A stretch of 63,476 nt of DNA, filler included, from an uncultured bacterium (GTDB lineage Bacteria; Latescibacterota; UBA2968): the NCBI GenBank assembly GCA_964471275.1. It is 5 parts of 5 records of this genome, joined end to end, with 100 filler letters (N's around TTAATTAATTAA, not from the genome) between each part and the next. Parts side by side here need not be neighbours in the genome. Positions count along the whole stretch, not along the records: positions 1 to 13,046 come from CAYYGZ010000133.1; positions 13,147 to 26,157 come from CAYYGZ010000134.1; 3 more parts are not named here. One strand, 5' to 3'. Below the pieces are notes generated by a model, which saw nothing but the letters and a program-made list of their open reading frames with translations, ran no database searches and was not told the DNA's origin. Position numbers and translations under genes: made by a program. How positions within the stretch are numbered: the first letter of the stretch is position 1; each line of letters begins with the position of its first letter. Below, piece after piece: positions 9,120 to 20,279 of this stretch.

Positions 9120-10202
9120 GTGAACGTAGTAGATGTCAGATTGCTCAGTGGAGCAACAGAACAGACCGTCGTTTCAGGACAGGGATACTTTCCCGTCATC
9201 GCTGCCAATGAATCCGGTGAAATTCTTGTCGTACTCCGTGGCGGCGCAGGGCACTTGGGGCTAGGCGGACGACTGGATGCAGTCCGATCGACGGATGGTG
9301 GACTTACCTGGACCGAACCGGTTACCATCGCAGATAGTATACGTGATGACAGGAATCCTGCCATGGGGTTCAACGCAGATGGCATCGCCATCCTCGGTTA
9401 CCATTGGCAGGGCAGCTACGATGATGAAGGTGCCTGGGCACCCGGGAAAGGGCCGACCGATACTCGCGTGTTGCGCTCGACAGACGGAGGCACCTCGTGG
9501 GGCGAGGACCTCAAACTCAACTGGCTGCCCCTCAACGGTACTTCCCCTTTCGGCAAGATCCGGCGAGACAGCGAAGAAACCCTGTACATGCCGGTCTACG
9601 GAGGATCACATCCGCTCGGCGCGGGACCTGATACGGCACGTGTCGGGCCTGCCACGTGCCCAACCTACCTGCTCCGGTCGCACGATGGCGGCGACACCTG
9701 GGCGGATCCCCTGACGGTCGCCGTCGGAATGAACGAAGCGGATCTGCTGATCCTGAGCGACAACGACTGGCTCTTTGCCGCAAGATCCGAAGAACGAGAG
9801 GAACAGGCCATCTACACGATGCGATCATCAGATCGTGGTCGCAGTTGGTCGCAGCCCGTTCGCGTAACTGACGGCAAGGAACACCCACCTGACCTGACAT
9901 TGCTGACCGGCGGTGCCGTCCTGCTGACCTACGGCCGGCGACATCCCGTATTCGGTGTGGAAGGCAAGGTCAGCAAGGATCGGGGTCGCACGTGGTCCGA
10001 CACGACGGTCAAATTCGGAACGGATCTTCCGGGCACCGACATCGGTTACCCCTCCACGGTCCGCATGCCCGACGGTTACCTGGTCACCGTCTACTACCGC
10101 GCGGGAGCTGCCGACCAGCCGAACGATGGCTACACACCGCGTGACGTCAGTTGCATCGCCGTTCGGTATCCCGAAGCCGATCTCCTGGCAGCCATCGACT
10201 GA
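9120..10202 (+). CDS. Sialidase-like BNR/Asp-box protein
   Basis: Five SxDxGxTW-like boxes; GYPST motif. Confidence 0.8.
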   Translation: MNVVDVRLLSGATEQTVVSGQGYFPVIAANESGEILVVLRGGAGHLGLGGRLDAVRSTDGGLTWTEPVTIADSIRDDRNPAMGFNADGIAILGYHWQGSYDDEGAWAPGKGPTDTRVLRSTDGGTSWGEDLKLNWLPLNGTSPFGKIRRDSEETLYMPVYGGSHPLGAGPDTARVGPATCPTYLLRSHDGGDTWADPLTVAVGMNEADLLILSDNDWLFAARSEEREEQAIYTMRSSDRGRSWSQPVRVTDGKEHPPDLTLLTGGAVLLTYGRRHPVFGVEGKVSKDRGRTWSDTTVKFGTDLPGTDIGYPSTVRMPDGYLVTVYYRAGAADQPNDGYTPRDVSCIAVRYPEADLLAAID

Positions 10203-10433
10203 TCCCGCAGGCTCGGATGACCTGCGAAAACAGTGGCGGCCACTGAACCACATCCCTCGATTGAACGCAGCTCTACCGTCTCTGCATTTCGATCTGCCTG
10301 TCTTGCCTCCTGAACTCCGAACTCTGTACTGCGCCTTATTTTGCCTGCCTCTCCCCCGTTTCTCTCCTCCCATCCTGACCATATTCCACAACCCCCTACA
10401 CCCTTTCATCCGTTCCCTCTCCCAGGGCGAACG

Positions 10434-11495
10434 ATGACTCCACTCCGGCCACGCAAGGGGAGAGGTGCACCCACCAACCCGATCGGTCGCTTCGAGACGC
10501 TCGATATCGAGTATGAACCGAGTGACGACGAACTTCCGATACTGAACACAGAACTGTTCAAGGACGCCGCCAAGTCGGTCATCTCCTTCAACGATAGCCC
10601 GGATCTCGGCTTCGATGCGTCGTTCAACCCCTACCGGGGATGCGAACACGGCTGCGCCTACTGCTACGCCCGTCCTACACACGAGTATCTGGGGCTCTCC
10701 GCGGATCTGGACTTCGAGTCCAAAATGTTTGTAAAGGAGAACGCCCCCAAATTGCTCAAGAAGGCACTGGCCGCCCGTTCGTGGAAACCGCAACACGTGT
10801 TAATGAGCGGCATCACCGACTGCTACCAACCGATCGAGCGTCAGCTGCGTCTCACGAGACGCTGTCTCGAGGTATTTTCCGATTTCCGGAATCCTGTCAG
10901 AATCATCACAAAGAACGAACTCGTTACTCGAAATGTAGACATTCTCCAGTCCATTTCAGCCAGGAGTATCGCAAGCGTCACGCTGTCCGTAACCAGCCTG
11001 GACGCTGACCTCACCAGCAAGCTGGAACCGCGTGCATCGAGCCCCCGGAGACGACTCCGGGCAATAGAGACACTCAGCAACGCCGGAATCCGAGTTGGGA
11101 CCATGATCGGTCCTGTCATACCCGGGCTTAACGATTTCGAGATCTCGGACATACTCAAGGCGGCCTCTGAAGCCGGCGCTCTGACAGCCGGGTACATTCT
11201 TCTGCGATTACCGTATGGTGTAAAGAGCCTGTTTGGGGACTGGCTGGAGGCACACTATCCAAACCGGGAAAACCGTGTTCTGGGTCTTGTGAAGGATACC
11301 CGGGATGGTGAACTATACGACGGGACGTATGGACGAAGGATGCGGGGCGTTGGGGAGTATGCAGATCAGATCGAGCGGATGTTCAAGATATCGCAGCGTA
11401 AGCACGGGTTGGACAGGAGCCTCCCGCCGCTGGCCGTGGATCGGTTTCGCGTACCCGGGCAGCAGCTCTCGCATTTCGACAAGCAGAATCTCTAA
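10434..11495 (+). CDS. Radical SAM protein, PA0069/SplB-like family
   Basis: NPYRGCEHGCAYCYARPTHEYL and TDCYQP motifs; start at MTPLRPRKGRGA. Confidence 0.9.
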   Translation: MTPLRPRKGRGAPTNPIGRFETLDIEYEPSDDELPILNTELFKDAAKSVISFNDSPDLGFDASFNPYRGCEHGCAYCYARPTHEYLGLSADLDFESKMFVKENAPKLLKKALAARSWKPQHVLMSGITDCYQPIERQLRLTRRCLEVFSDFRNPVRIITKNELVTRNVDILQSISARSIASVTLSVTSLDADLTSKLEPRASSPRRRLRAIETLSNAGIRVGTMIGPVIPGLNDFEISDILKAASEAGALTAGYILLRLPYGVKSLFGDWLEAHYPNRENRVLGLVKDTRDGELYDGTYGRRMRGVGEYADQIERMFKISQRKHGLDRSLPPLAVDRFRVPGQQLSHFDKQNL

Positions 11496-11752
11496 CCAGG
11501 TAGGAAGGTGATTCGCTAAAAGAGCGATCAGCCAGAATCAGCGGGTCGATCGTCGCGGGTGCCGTTCGCTTGACCGGGACAGCCGCACTCTCCTCGCCGT
11601 CGACGTGAGTCCGATGGGCATCCATCCTGGGATCAGGGGCAAGGCATCCGAGCACCAACATTCCGATCACCCATATCGGCAGAACGCGGTTTGGAATGCG
11701 GATAATGCGCCTTTCAAGCAGCGTGAGCGTGTGACGACCATTGTATGTGCCA

Positions 11753-13046
11753 TCAGACGGACCTCTCGAAGGTATGCAACCCGGACCCGATGCCCGTTAC
11801 GGTGACGGAATCCCCGTCGAGGCGGCCAGCCACCCGCTTCCCGTCCACAACGACGACTGGGTCATCCGATCCCAGATCGGGAACCATCACGGTTGTAACC
11901 GTGTTTGCAGGCGTCTCAGTCTCCAGGTGGATCGATTGCCACGGGATATGGTTGAATCTGACCGAGACGGCCCCCTTGATCGTTGGTGTCGTGAGCTCTG
12001 CCCATTCGAGCGAGCCGGGCTGGGGTTGGATCAGGATCTGCTCAAACCCCGGCAGCAGCGGCCGAACGCCCATCAGATGCCGCGGGATGATGCTCGCCGG
12101 CGCGGCCCCCCACGCGTGATTCCAATCCTGGTTCGGCTTGAAGCGATCGTCCCAGGCTTCCAGCGCAATCGTCGTCCCCACGTCATAGACCATATGCGCC
12201 CAGGACCGCTCGGATGTCGATGTCATCAGTGTCAGCGCGAAGTCTGCTTCACACGCTTCATACAGGGCTTCCATCAGAAACTGTGATCCGTATACGCTGC
12301 AGGCCATTCCCTTCTCTTTCAAGTGATCCAGAACAGCTCCCCGGCTCTCTTCAGGAACCAACCCGAACGCCAGCGCGGTCATGTTGGCGTGCAGCGAGCT
12401 GTGGGTGCTGCCCTCGCCATCCAGAACCAGACCGGTCACAGGATCGATCAGCTTCTGTATGTAGCTGTTCTTGATCAGCTTCGCCCGTTCGCGATACCAG
12501 AGTACATCCTCATCCTTCCCCAGAGCCTTCGCGATATCCGCCATCAGCACTACGGCCCGGTAGTGAAATGCGTTCGTTTCCGAGTTGATATCACGCATGT
12601 CAAACTCGTCCCGTTCCGCCTGCGGCCAGTCCGGGTTGTCTTCAATACCTCGATTGAACTGATCCGCCGACCGTCCTGCGAAATGGATCACCTGCATAAC
12701 GTCATCCGTGATGTTCTCCAGCGTGATCATCCCGTCATCTCGAGCGATCTCCGTCAGCGCCTTGGCCTTCAGATCGTCATAGTGATGCTCGAGAGAGGTC
12801 GCGTTGCCTGTGTAGACGTAGTCATTCCATGCAATCAGCACGGAGTCCAGAATCCACTCCGTCGGCCACGTCGGTGTCGTGATCAGGTATTCGTGCGTCC
12901 TGCGAGCCATCGCATATTCGCGATCGCAGCAGTAGTGTCCGAGCTGATTGATGTACGCGTCTGCTTCATACGGGATACGCTCCCGATCACCGTCGACGTA
13001 ATAACCGCAGAAGCTGGTCGCCTTCATCGTGTACTTGCACAGATCC
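11753..13046 (-). CDS. Alpha-L-rhamnosidase (GH78), C-terminal part
   Basis: DRERIPYEAD, EAWD...DWNHAWGAAP and TPTIKGAVSV motifs; cut by the linker. Confidence 0.8.
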
Positions 13047-13146
13047 NNNNNNNNNNNNNNNNNNNNNNNNNNNNNNNNNNNNNNNNNNNNTTAATTAATT
13101 AANNNNNNNNNNNNNNNNNNNNNNNNNNNNNNNNNNNNNNNNNNNN
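13047..13146. other. Artificial contig linker
   Basis: N run, TTAATTAATTAA (stop in six frames), N run. Confidence 0.99.
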
Positions 13147-13288
13147 TCGTTTCGGGTACAGGTGGTCTGTAACCCAGTGAACTGTGTGGACGGACCTGAT
13201 TGTACTCTCGCCGCCAGACCTCCGTCAACACCTATGCTTCTTGCAGCGTTGTGAAGGTTTCTCCGTCGAGGAGTTCATCCCTGATCTT
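13147..13288 (-). mobile_element. IS3-family transposase C-terminal remnant
   Basis: KIRDELLDGETFTTLQEA*VLTEVWRREYNQVRPHSSLGYRPP, with an in-frame TAG at 13232-13234. Confidence 0.85.
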
Positions 13289-13412
13289 CACTTGTGTCGC
13301 AGGCCATCGTCACCCGGGCCTCGCCCTGCTTCTCGAGTATCTCGATAAGCCGCATATATGCCGTCATCACACAGCCACACCCAACGATGCCTAGTCTTAC
13401 CGGATCAGCCAC
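13275..13412 (-). pseudogene. Truncated Gfo/Idh/MocA oxidoreductase N-terminus
   Basis: GAGGAGG RBS, GTG start, MADPVRLGIVGCG...VTMACD; ends at the IS3 remnant. Confidence 0.7.
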
Positions 13413-13470
13413 ACGTCCTCCTCTGACTCACATCCGAAGGCCTTCACGGGACACCTTGATCTCGTACACA

Positions 13471-13512
13471 AAAAAACGTCGTGAGCGATCATACGCGACC
13501 GCTCACGACGTT
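13471..13512 (-). terminator. Rho-independent terminator after tRNA-Gln
   Basis: AACGTCGTGAGCG / CGCTCACGACGTT stem followed by a T tract. Confidence 0.85.
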
Positions 13513-13515
13513 GAC

Positions 13516-13589
13516 TGGCTGCCCCCCAGGGATTCGAACCCCGATTACCTGATCCAGAGTCAGGCGTATTGCCATTATACGAGGGGGCA
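13516..13589 (-). tRNA. tRNA-Gln(CTG)
   Basis: TGCCCCC/GGGGGCA acceptor stem, CCTGA-CTCTGGA-TCAGG anticodon arm, GTTCGAATC, encoded CCA. Confidence 0.97.
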
Positions 13590-13597
13590 ATAGCTGT

Positions 13598-15031
13598 TCA
13601 GGAAACCTGCTGATCGGGTGACAGGACCTCGAGTGCGTGTTCCAGACGACGCACACAGGTTTCCTGTCCCAACACCTCCATTAGTTCGAAGAGCCCTGGA
13701 CCAAACCCGACGCCACACAGCGAGAGACGCGTCGGATGGATCAATTTCGACGCGGAAAGACCGAGCTCACCCGCCAGAGTTCTGACAGCACCTTCGATAT
13801 CTGATTCGGTAAAGGTCGCAAGGGCGCGCAGGCGCTCCACGAGTGCCGAAATGCGTGCCGTCGTGTCGGTCTTCCAGTGTTTCTTATAGACAGTCTCGTC
13901 GTAGGTATCCGGTTCCCTGAAGAAGTAGAAGGCGTTTGTAAAGTCATCCACCTTCTCGACTCGCGGTTGCATCAAAGCGACAATCTGACGAAGCTCCGAC
14001 GCTCTCGGCTCAACCTCCGACGGGTCGATCAAACCAGCATCCACCCACGCTCCGACTGCAACGTCGAACAACTCATCGATGGACTTGGCTCGAAAATGCT
14101 CACCATTTAACCAGGTGAGCTTCGTTTCGTCAAAGATCGCATCCTTCTTCAGCATCCCTTCGATCGTGAAGGCCTCGACCAGCTCGTCGAGTGTGTACAC
14201 TTCGCGACCGTCGCCGGGTGCCCAGCCAAGCAGCGCGAGGAAATTCACAAAAGCACTCGGGATATAACCGGCCTCCCGGTACTCGACCACCGTTGTGGCG
14301 CCCTTCCGCTTGCTCAGCTTGCTGCCGTCCGTTGCCTTGAGAAGCGTCGAGTGACCATACTTTGGGACATCCCAGCCAAGCGCCTGAAAAAGCATCACTT
14401 GCTTGGGAGTATTCGAGATATGGTCGGCGCCACGCAACGCGAACGTAACACCCATCTCGTGATCATCGACCACCACGGCGAGATTGTATACGGGCGATCC
14501 GTCTGACCGGGCGATCACAAAATCACCGATCACGCCGTTGTCCCAGCGACTCACGCCGCGGATCGCATCATCCCAGACCGTCTCACCTTCGGGGATCGCG
14601 AAGAACAGTGCACCCGGAACGCCGGCCGCTTTCTTCGCGGCTTGCTCGTCCGGTGTCTGCCTTGGATACCGTGTTGCTCGTTTCTCTATCTGCGCTTGCT
14701 TCCGGATCGCCTCGAGCTCTTCCGCTGTTGCGTAGAACTGGTAGGCCGCCCCGGATTCCAGAAGCTGCTGGACCGTGGCGCGATGTGACGATTCGTTCTG
14801 TGACTGAAAAACGGGCTCACCGTCAAACGCAATCCCCAACCAATCGAGCCCGTCCGTGATCGTCTTCAGGCTGTCTTCGGTCGACCGGGATGCGTCGGTA
14901 TCCTCGATCCGGAGCTTGAGAGTCGCCCCGTAGTGCCGTGCGTAGAGGTAATTGAAAAGCGCCGTCCGGGCGTTCCCTACGTGGAATCCCCCTGTGGGTG
15001 ACGGCGCAAATCGGAGAACATCTGTCGACAT
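13598..15031 (-). CDS. gltX: Glutamate--tRNA ligase
   Basis: RFAPSPTG, HVGN (HIGH), LRIEDTD, RGADH and KLSKR motifs. Confidence 0.97.
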   Translation of the reverse strand: MSTDVLRFAPSPTGGFHVGNARTALFNYLYARHYGATLKLRIEDTDASRSTEDSLKTITDGLDWLGIAFDGEPVFQSQNESSHRATVQQLLESGAAYQFYATAEELEAIRKQAQIEKRATRYPRQTPDEQAAKKAAGVPGALFFAIPEGETVWDDAIRGVSRWDNGVIGDFVIARSDGSPVYNLAVVVDDHEMGVTFALRGADHISNTPKQVMLFQALGWDVPKYGHSTLLKATDGSKLSKRKGATTVVEYREAGYIPSAFVNFLALLGWAPGDGREVYTLDELVEAFTIEGMLKKDAIFDETKLTWLNGEHFRAKSIDELFDVAVGAWVDAGLIDPSEVEPRASELRQIVALMQPRVEKVDDFTNAFYFFREPDTYDETVYKKHWKTDTTARISALVERLRALATFTESDIEGAVRTLAGELGLSASKLIHPTRLSLCGVGFGPGLFELMEVLGQETCVRRLEHALEVLSPDQQVS

Positions 15032-15089
15032 TTCTGTAAATCGCGCAGTGCTGGCCGAATCATACCGGCGAACACCGTCCTTGATAGGC

Positions 15090-15181
15090 TGGCGGAGAGG
15101 GAGGGATTCGAACCCTCGGCAGAGGAAACCCCCTGCAATGGCTTAGCAGGCCACCCTGTTCAACCACTCCAGCACCTCTCC
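15090..15181 (-). tRNA. tRNA-Ser(GCT)
   Basis: GGAGAGG acceptor, CTGCTAA anticodon loop, long variable arm, CCA. Confidence 0.97.
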
Positions 15182-15331
15182 GAAGATCGTAAAGTCCTGT
15201 TAAAACAGGCACCTCGCGCTGGCTGGCGAAGACATAGATTTTAACAAAAAGCACCAGCAGACGCAAGCAAAACGCACTCCCAAGGTGTCCCCTGGCTTGG
15301 TTCTGCTGCTCGGGGTTGAGGGGAAAGGAAA

Positions 15332-15421
15332 TGGCGGAGAGGGTGGGATTCGAACCCACGGACCCCGTAAGAGGTCACCGGTTTTCAAGACCGGCTCCTT
15401 CAACCACTCGGACACCTCTCC
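15332..15421 (-). tRNA. tRNA-Ser(TGA)
   Basis: CCGGT-CTTGAAA-ACCGG anticodon arm, long variable arm, CCA. Confidence 0.97.
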
Positions 15422-15593
15422 TGTATTCCGCCTCACGAGTGCGCGAAAAACATCCAATTTGGATACCGGTGTGTCAAGCTGTTTGTCCGATAGTGGTTGA
15501 CAATCAACGATTCCGGAGTTTATTTTCGCCTTGATTTTCTAAGCAGATTTGCGATATCAGCGACAATTCCAGCCTTCCGAACCAGAGACCAAA

Positions 15594-16094
15594 ATGCAAG
15601 CCACAATACGATTCAGCCTCATACTCCTGATCACTGCAGGTCTGCTCGGCAGCTGCGCAGGTAAGGACAAGTTCCAGAACAAGATGAAGGGCATCTGGAT
15701 TCTGAAATCGCGAGCCCTGCCAGAAGGCGAGCAAATTGTCCCCCCATCGATCAGCGGACGGCTCGAGTGGTTCCCGATGGACGTGGACGCAGGAACCGCG
15801 CACGTCAGCATCTTGACGACACACGGTGGCGAGGGCCTGCAAGTCCACGGATCACATTACACACTCAACGACCACGCTAGGTTCTCCCAGGTGAGTTACC
15901 TTGAAATCGGTGGCGGCGTCAGCAAGACCCACGATAAGACCTTTGCTGCAGGTCGGAAGACAATCAGTGGGACGATCCAGGTCGAAGGCGCCCGGATCAC
16001 CTTCAGGCACGAGAGCGGACCCGTCTACGTGTTCGAAGGCTCCCAACTGACGATAGAACATCCGGACGGTACGACAGACGTTCTAATGAAGTAG
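15594..16094 (+). CDS. Hypothetical lipoprotein (beta-rich, possibly lipocalin-like)
   Basis: Signal peptide with LGSC lipobox; early GxW motif (GIWIL). Confidence 0.6.
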   Translation: MQATIRFSLILLITAGLLGSCAGKDKFQNKMKGIWILKSRALPEGEQIVPPSISGRLEWFPMDVDAGTAHVSILTTHGGEGLQVHGSHYTLNDHARFSQVSYLEIGGGVSKTHDKTFAAGRKTISGTIQVEGARITFRHESGPVYVFEGSQLTIEHPDGTTDVLMK

Positions 16095-16194
16095 AGACGA
16101 TCCGTCTTCTGATCCGGCTCAAATCGGTTGCTCACAGACGGCCCTTCCTGTATTTTTTCGTCCTGAATCCGGGACTGAAAACACCTGAAAAAAT

Positions 16195-16569
16195 TTGATT
16201 ACCGCTCTCGGCATCGACCTTGTAGACGTCGCCAGAATCGAGAAATCTGTCGATCGCTGGGGCAAACGGTTCCTGGACCGCGTGTTCACGTCCGCTGAAA
16301 TCGAGTATTGCCAGGGCCGGGGAGAGCGATTCCGGTCACTTGCTGCCCGATTCGCCGCAAAGGAAGCCGCCATGAAAGCTCTCGGGACGGGGTGGCAGCA
16401 CGGGGTCCGGTGGGTTGATCTGGAGCTCGTAAGAGAACCGGGACAAGCACCCAGGATACAGTTGCACGGGCGTGCCGCCGAGCTGGCAGAAGGATGTCGA
16501 TTTCTGGTCAGCCTGACCCATACGGACACGCAGGCGATCGCAGTCGTCGTCGCCGAGACAAACCCGTAA
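16195..16569 (+). CDS. acpS: Holo-ACP synthase
   Basis: GIDLV, ARFAAKEAAMKALGTG and SLTH motifs. Confidence 0.95.
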   Translation: MITALGIDLVDVARIEKSVDRWGKRFLDRVFTSAEIEYCQGRGERFRSLAARFAAKEAAMKALGTGWQHGVRWVDLELVREPGQAPRIQLHGRAAELAEGCRFLVSLTHTDTQAIAVVVAETNP

Positions 16570-18140
16570 TGCTGCCACACCTTCCGCTGGTTTCTGCCCA
16601 AATGATGGCGGAAATCGATCAGGCAACGATCGATGTCGGCACACCGGGTCTCGAACTGATGAACCGGGCAGGGATTGGGGTCTGGACGTGCGCAGCGGAG
16701 CGCTACGAACTCGGACCGGGAAAAAAGGTTCTCTTCCTCTGCGGGAAGGGGAACAACGGCGGCGATGGTTTTGTCGCTGCCCGCTCCGCAAAGATGGACG
16801 GACTGGACACGACAGTCCTCGTGCACACCGCGGAACAGGAAATCTCGGGCGACGCGCTATACCATCTAGAGGCGGCACGCGAGGCGGGAGTCACGATCCT
16901 GCCGGTACAGAGAGCAGAAAAGCTTGATCGTATGCTCGCATCGGCAGATGTCGTGTTCGATGCGCTCCTTGGGACCGGGCTGACCGGTGCATCACGATCG
17001 CCGATCGATCGAACGATCCGGTGCCTCACGCAAACGGCTGCCCGCATTGTGGCTGTCGACCTCCCCTCCGGGATGAACGCGGACACCGGTTTGGACGAGG
17101 GTGTTGTCGCGGACACTACGGTGACGTTTGGTGCACTCAAACCTGCGCACGTGGCGCAGCCGAGCCGGTCGAAGTGCGGCGCTCTCTCGGTCGTTGACAT
17201 CGGGCTCTGTGAGAACGCCATCACGGCGCGCAGTTCTCGCCACGTCAGCTTTGGCGCATCCGATCCGGCCCTACCGGTGCGTGCTCGCACGGTCCACAAA
17301 GGCGACACGGGTCGAGTCGCAATCATCGCTGGTTCTGTCGGCCTCACGGGGGCTGCCTGTTTGGCCTCGCTTGCGGCACTGCGCTCTGGGGCCGGGCTCA
17401 TTACATTGGGTTTGCCCGAAACGCTGAATGACATCGCCGAAGTCAAACTGACCGAGGTGATGACACGACCGCTCCCGGAGGTCAAGAAGCATCGCTGCCT
17501 CTCTCTGCGAGCGTGCAGCGAGATCAGACGACTAATCGATGGGGCGGACGCGATCGCCTTGGGACCGGGGCTTGGACGACATCGTGAAACCGCTGATCTC
17601 GTCAGACGTCTGATTCACGACTTGACGGCGCCGACGGTGCTTGACGCGGATGGTCTCAACGCCTTCGAAGGACAGGCCGATCTTCTCCGCGCGGCGTCGC
17701 AGCCGCTGATTCTGACACCGCACGCGGGCGAGTTCAAACGGTTGACGGGCGTGAAACCAACAGACCCGGTTTCTGCGGCGGAAATGCTGGCGTCGCAAAC
17801 TCGGGCGATCGTCGTCTTGAAAGGAGCACCCACGATCGTCGCGCTGCCGGATGGTAAGAGCTTTGTGAATGTCAGTGGGAACCCGGGTATGGCGACCGGG
17901 GGCACGGGTGACGTTCTTGCCGGGATCCTTGCGAGTCAGATCGCACAGGGACTCGACCCGGAAAATGCTGCCTTGGCAGGAGTTTACCTTCACGGTTTGG
18001 CGGGTGATCTGGCGATGGACAAGCTTGGCGAACGCGGGCTCATCGCGAGCGATCTGGTCGCGGCGCTGCCAGAGGCGGAGCAGCTTGCCCGGACGGGCGA
18101 AGGTATCCGTCGATACGTAGACTATCGACAAAGAGTGTGA
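16569..18140 (+). CDS. nnr: Bifunctional NAD(P)H-hydrate epimerase/dehydratase
   Basis: CGKGNNGGDG, DALLGTG, DADGLN, TPHAGE and MATGGTGDVLAG motifs. Confidence 0.95.
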   Translation: MLPHLPLVSAQMMAEIDQATIDVGTPGLELMNRAGIGVWTCAAERYELGPGKKVLFLCGKGNNGGDGFVAARSAKMDGLDTTVLVHTAEQEISGDALYHLEAAREAGVTILPVQRAEKLDRMLASADVVFDALLGTGLTGASRSPIDRTIRCLTQTAARIVAVDLPSGMNADTGLDEGVVADTTVTFGALKPAHVAQPSRSKCGALSVVDIGLCENAITARSSRHVSFGASDPALPVRARTVHKGDTGRVAIIAGSVGLTGAACLASLAALRSGAGLITLGLPETLNDIAEVKLTEVMTRPLPEVKKHRCLSLRACSEIRRLIDGADAIALGPGLGRHRETADLVRRLIHDLTAPTVLDADGLNAFEGQADLLRAASQPLILTPHAGEFKRLTGVKPTDPVSAAEMLASQTRAIVVLKGAPTIVALPDGKSFVNVSGNPGMATGGTGDVLAGILASQIAQGLDPENAALAGVYLHGLAGDLAMDKLGERGLIASDLVAALPEAEQLARTGEGIRRYVDYRQRV

Positions 18141-18182
18141 TCGCTTTCGGTGGAGAGCCGTTGGCACAACAGGACAAAGGAT

Positions 18183-18713
18183 ATGCCCAGCACCAACCAG
18201 AGAATCGATCAACTCATCGAGGAGTCATACCTCCTGAGTCTGAGCGAGGAAGAAATCCGGTCCGATCTGGATCGATTCGTTGAAGTCTGTGGCAAGGTCA
18301 TACGAGAGAACGTTCACGACAGAAAACAGATGCAAGAACTGGCCCAGAAACTGGCGAGAGCCCGCGCCCTGAGCCTGATCGAAGACCATCACGAGGATGA
18401 CGACGAATTGAGCATCGCCGAGCCTTTCGAGATCGAAGACGAGTCGCGATCTCCGAAAGAGATCTTCGCAGAGAAAGTTGCCCGAAACAAGTGTCTGATA
18501 CTCAAGACGATCCGCGATTGCAGCCCCGGTCTGGAGGATCTGATTGACAAGGAGCGATATCCGGCTCTGGCTGACGAGTCGGAATCACCGCTTCCTCTCT
18601 CGACGGGCACCCGTCAGTCGCCCAAGGACACGGTCTTCAAGGTCTTCTATGTTGTGACCTTGCTTTTCGTGCTACTGCTTGTGTATCTCGTGTTGTTGCA
18701 ACAGAATTTCTAA
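18183..18713 (+). CDS. Hypothetical protein with a C-terminal membrane anchor
   Basis: AAGGA RBS; acidic helical body; single C-terminal hydrophobic helix. Confidence 0.6.
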   Translation: MPSTNQRIDQLIEESYLLSLSEEEIRSDLDRFVEVCGKVIRENVHDRKQMQELAQKLARARALSLIEDHHEDDDELSIAEPFEIEDESRSPKEIFAEKVARNKCLILKTIRDCSPGLEDLIDKERYPALADESESPLPLSTGTRQSPKDTVFKVFYVVTLLFVLLLVYLVLLQQNF

Positions 18714-18737
18714 GGTTCCCCGCAACGATGATCAGCA

Positions 18738-18775
18738 GGCGCCTGCGATCCCTCCCTCAGAGTCGCAGGCGTTTC
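18738..18775 (+). terminator. Hairpin upstream of carB
   Basis: GGCGCCTGCGAT / GTCGCAGGCGTT stem with a short T tail. Confidence 0.5.
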
Positions 18776-18803
18776 TGTGCACCCTCATTGCACGTCAGGT
18801 GAC

Positions 18804-20252
18804 ATGCCCAAACGCAACGATCTCCAAAAAATTCTGCTAATCGGGTCCGGACCGATCGTAATCGGCCAGGCCTGCGAATTCGACTACTCCGGCACGCAGG
18901 CGTGCAAGGCGCTCAGGGAGGAGGGATATACGGTCGTGCTCGTCAACAGCAACCCGGCGACGATCATGACGGATCCCGAGATGGCCGATCGGACGTATGT
19001 TGAACCTGTGACACCGGATGTCTGCGCCGCTGTGATCGAGCGGGAACGGCCCGACGCCCTTCTGCCAACGCTCGGAGGGCAGACCGGTCTGAACGTGGCG
19101 ATGGATCTTCACAATGCAGGTGTTCTCGATAGGTTCGGTGTCGAGATGATCGGTGCAAAGCCAGAGGCGATCGAGAAAGCAGAGAATCGCGAGAAATTCC
19201 AGACAGCGATGAGAAGCATAGGTCTGGATCTACCCAAGGGCGGGTTCGCGTATACGCTCGAAGAGGCCATGGAGGTCGTGGGTGATATCGGCTATCCTGC
19301 CATCATCCGCCCCTCCTACACGCTGGGCGGCACGGGTGCAGGGACCGCTTACAACGCCGAGGAATTCGAGGTCGCGGCAGCAAACGGTCTGGATCTGTCG
19401 CCGACGACCGAGATCCTGGTCGAAGAGAGCATCATCGGGTGGAAAGAGTATGAGCTCGAAGTGATGCGCGATCTGGCGGACAACGTCGTCATCATCTGCT
19501 CGATCGAGAATCTGGATCCCATGGGCGTTCACACGGGAGACTCCATCACGGTGGCCCCCGCTCAGACCCTGACGGACAAGGAATACCAGGTCATGCGGGA
19601 CGCCTCGCTCCGATGCATCCGTGAGATCGGTGTGGAAACGGGGGGGTCGAACATCCAGTTCGCCGTCGATCCGGCTACCGGCCGTCAGGTTGTGATCGAA
19701 ATGAACCCGCGTGTTTCTCGGTCGAGTGCCCTTGCATCCAAGGCAACGGGCTTCCCGATTGCCAAGATCGCGGCGAAACTGGCGGTTGGATACACGCTTG
19801 ACGAGATCCAGAACGATATTACCAGGGAAACACCCGCTTCCTTCGAGCCCACGATCGATTACTGTGTGATCAAGATTCCCCGGTGGACCTTCGAGAAGTT
19901 CCCACAGACGCAAGACGTCCTCGGCACACAGATGAAGTCGGTCGGTGAAACAATGGCCATCGGCCGGACGTTCAAGGAAGCGTTCCAGAAGGGCCTGCGC
20001 TCACTCGAGATTGGACGAGCCGGATTCGGCGGGGACGGGGGTGACCTTGATCTGAACACGCTCGACAGGGAGACGATCGAGCAGAAACTCCGCTCACCCA
20101 ACTCGTTGCGGTTGTTCTACCTGAAAGCGGCGATACAGAAGTCATTCACCATCGATGAAGTACACGACATCACCGGAATCGACCGGTGGTTCCTGCGGGG
20201 GCTCTTTGACATCGTCGCCGTGGAAGAGGAATTGGCGGCACTGGTCGACTGA
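18804..20252 (+). CDS. carB: Carbamoyl-phosphate synthase large subunit, N-terminal half
   Basis: [23 protein letters not shown] and [19 protein letters not shown]; stops inside the oligomerisation domain. Confidence 0.95.
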   Translation: MPKRNDLQKILLIGSGPIVIGQACEFDYSGTQACKALREEGYTVVLVNSNPATIMTDPEMADRTYVEPVTPDVCAAVIERERPDALLPTLGGQTGLNVAMDLHNAGVLDRFGVEMIGAKPEAIEKAENREKFQTAMRSIGLDLPKGGFAYTLEEAMEVVGDIGYPAIIRPSYTLGGTGAGTAYNAEEFEVAAANGLDLSPTTEILVEESIIGWKEYELEVMRDLADNVVIICSIENLDPMGVHTGDSITVAPAQTLTDKEYQVMRDASLRCIREIGVETGGSNIQFAVDPATGRQVVIEMNPRVSRSSALASKATGFPIAKIAAKLAVGYTLDEIQNDITRETPASFEPTIDYCVIKIPRWTFEKFPQTQDVLGTQMKSVGETMAIGRTFKEAFQKGLRSLEIGRAGFGGDGGDLDLNTLDRETIEQKLRSPNSLRLFYLKAAIQKSFTIDEVHDITGIDRWFLRGLFDIVAVEEELAALVD

Positions 20253-20279
20253 TCAGATGCGTAGAACCGGGGAGATAAG

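Noticed and set aside
10340..10425. Pyrimidine-rich tract upstream of the radical SAM gene
   Set aside because: No periodicity or structure; only produces a spurious N-terminal ORF extension
9828..10796. Long antisense or overlapping ORFs (also 1736-2731, 23971-24879, 53481-54575, 61761-62474)
   Set aside because: Shadow ORFs of real genes in high-GC DNA with no recognisable motifs
20250..20279. Sec readthrough joining the carB halves
   Set aside because: A second in-frame stop (TAG) follows, there is no SECIS or Cys context, and the second half has its own RBS
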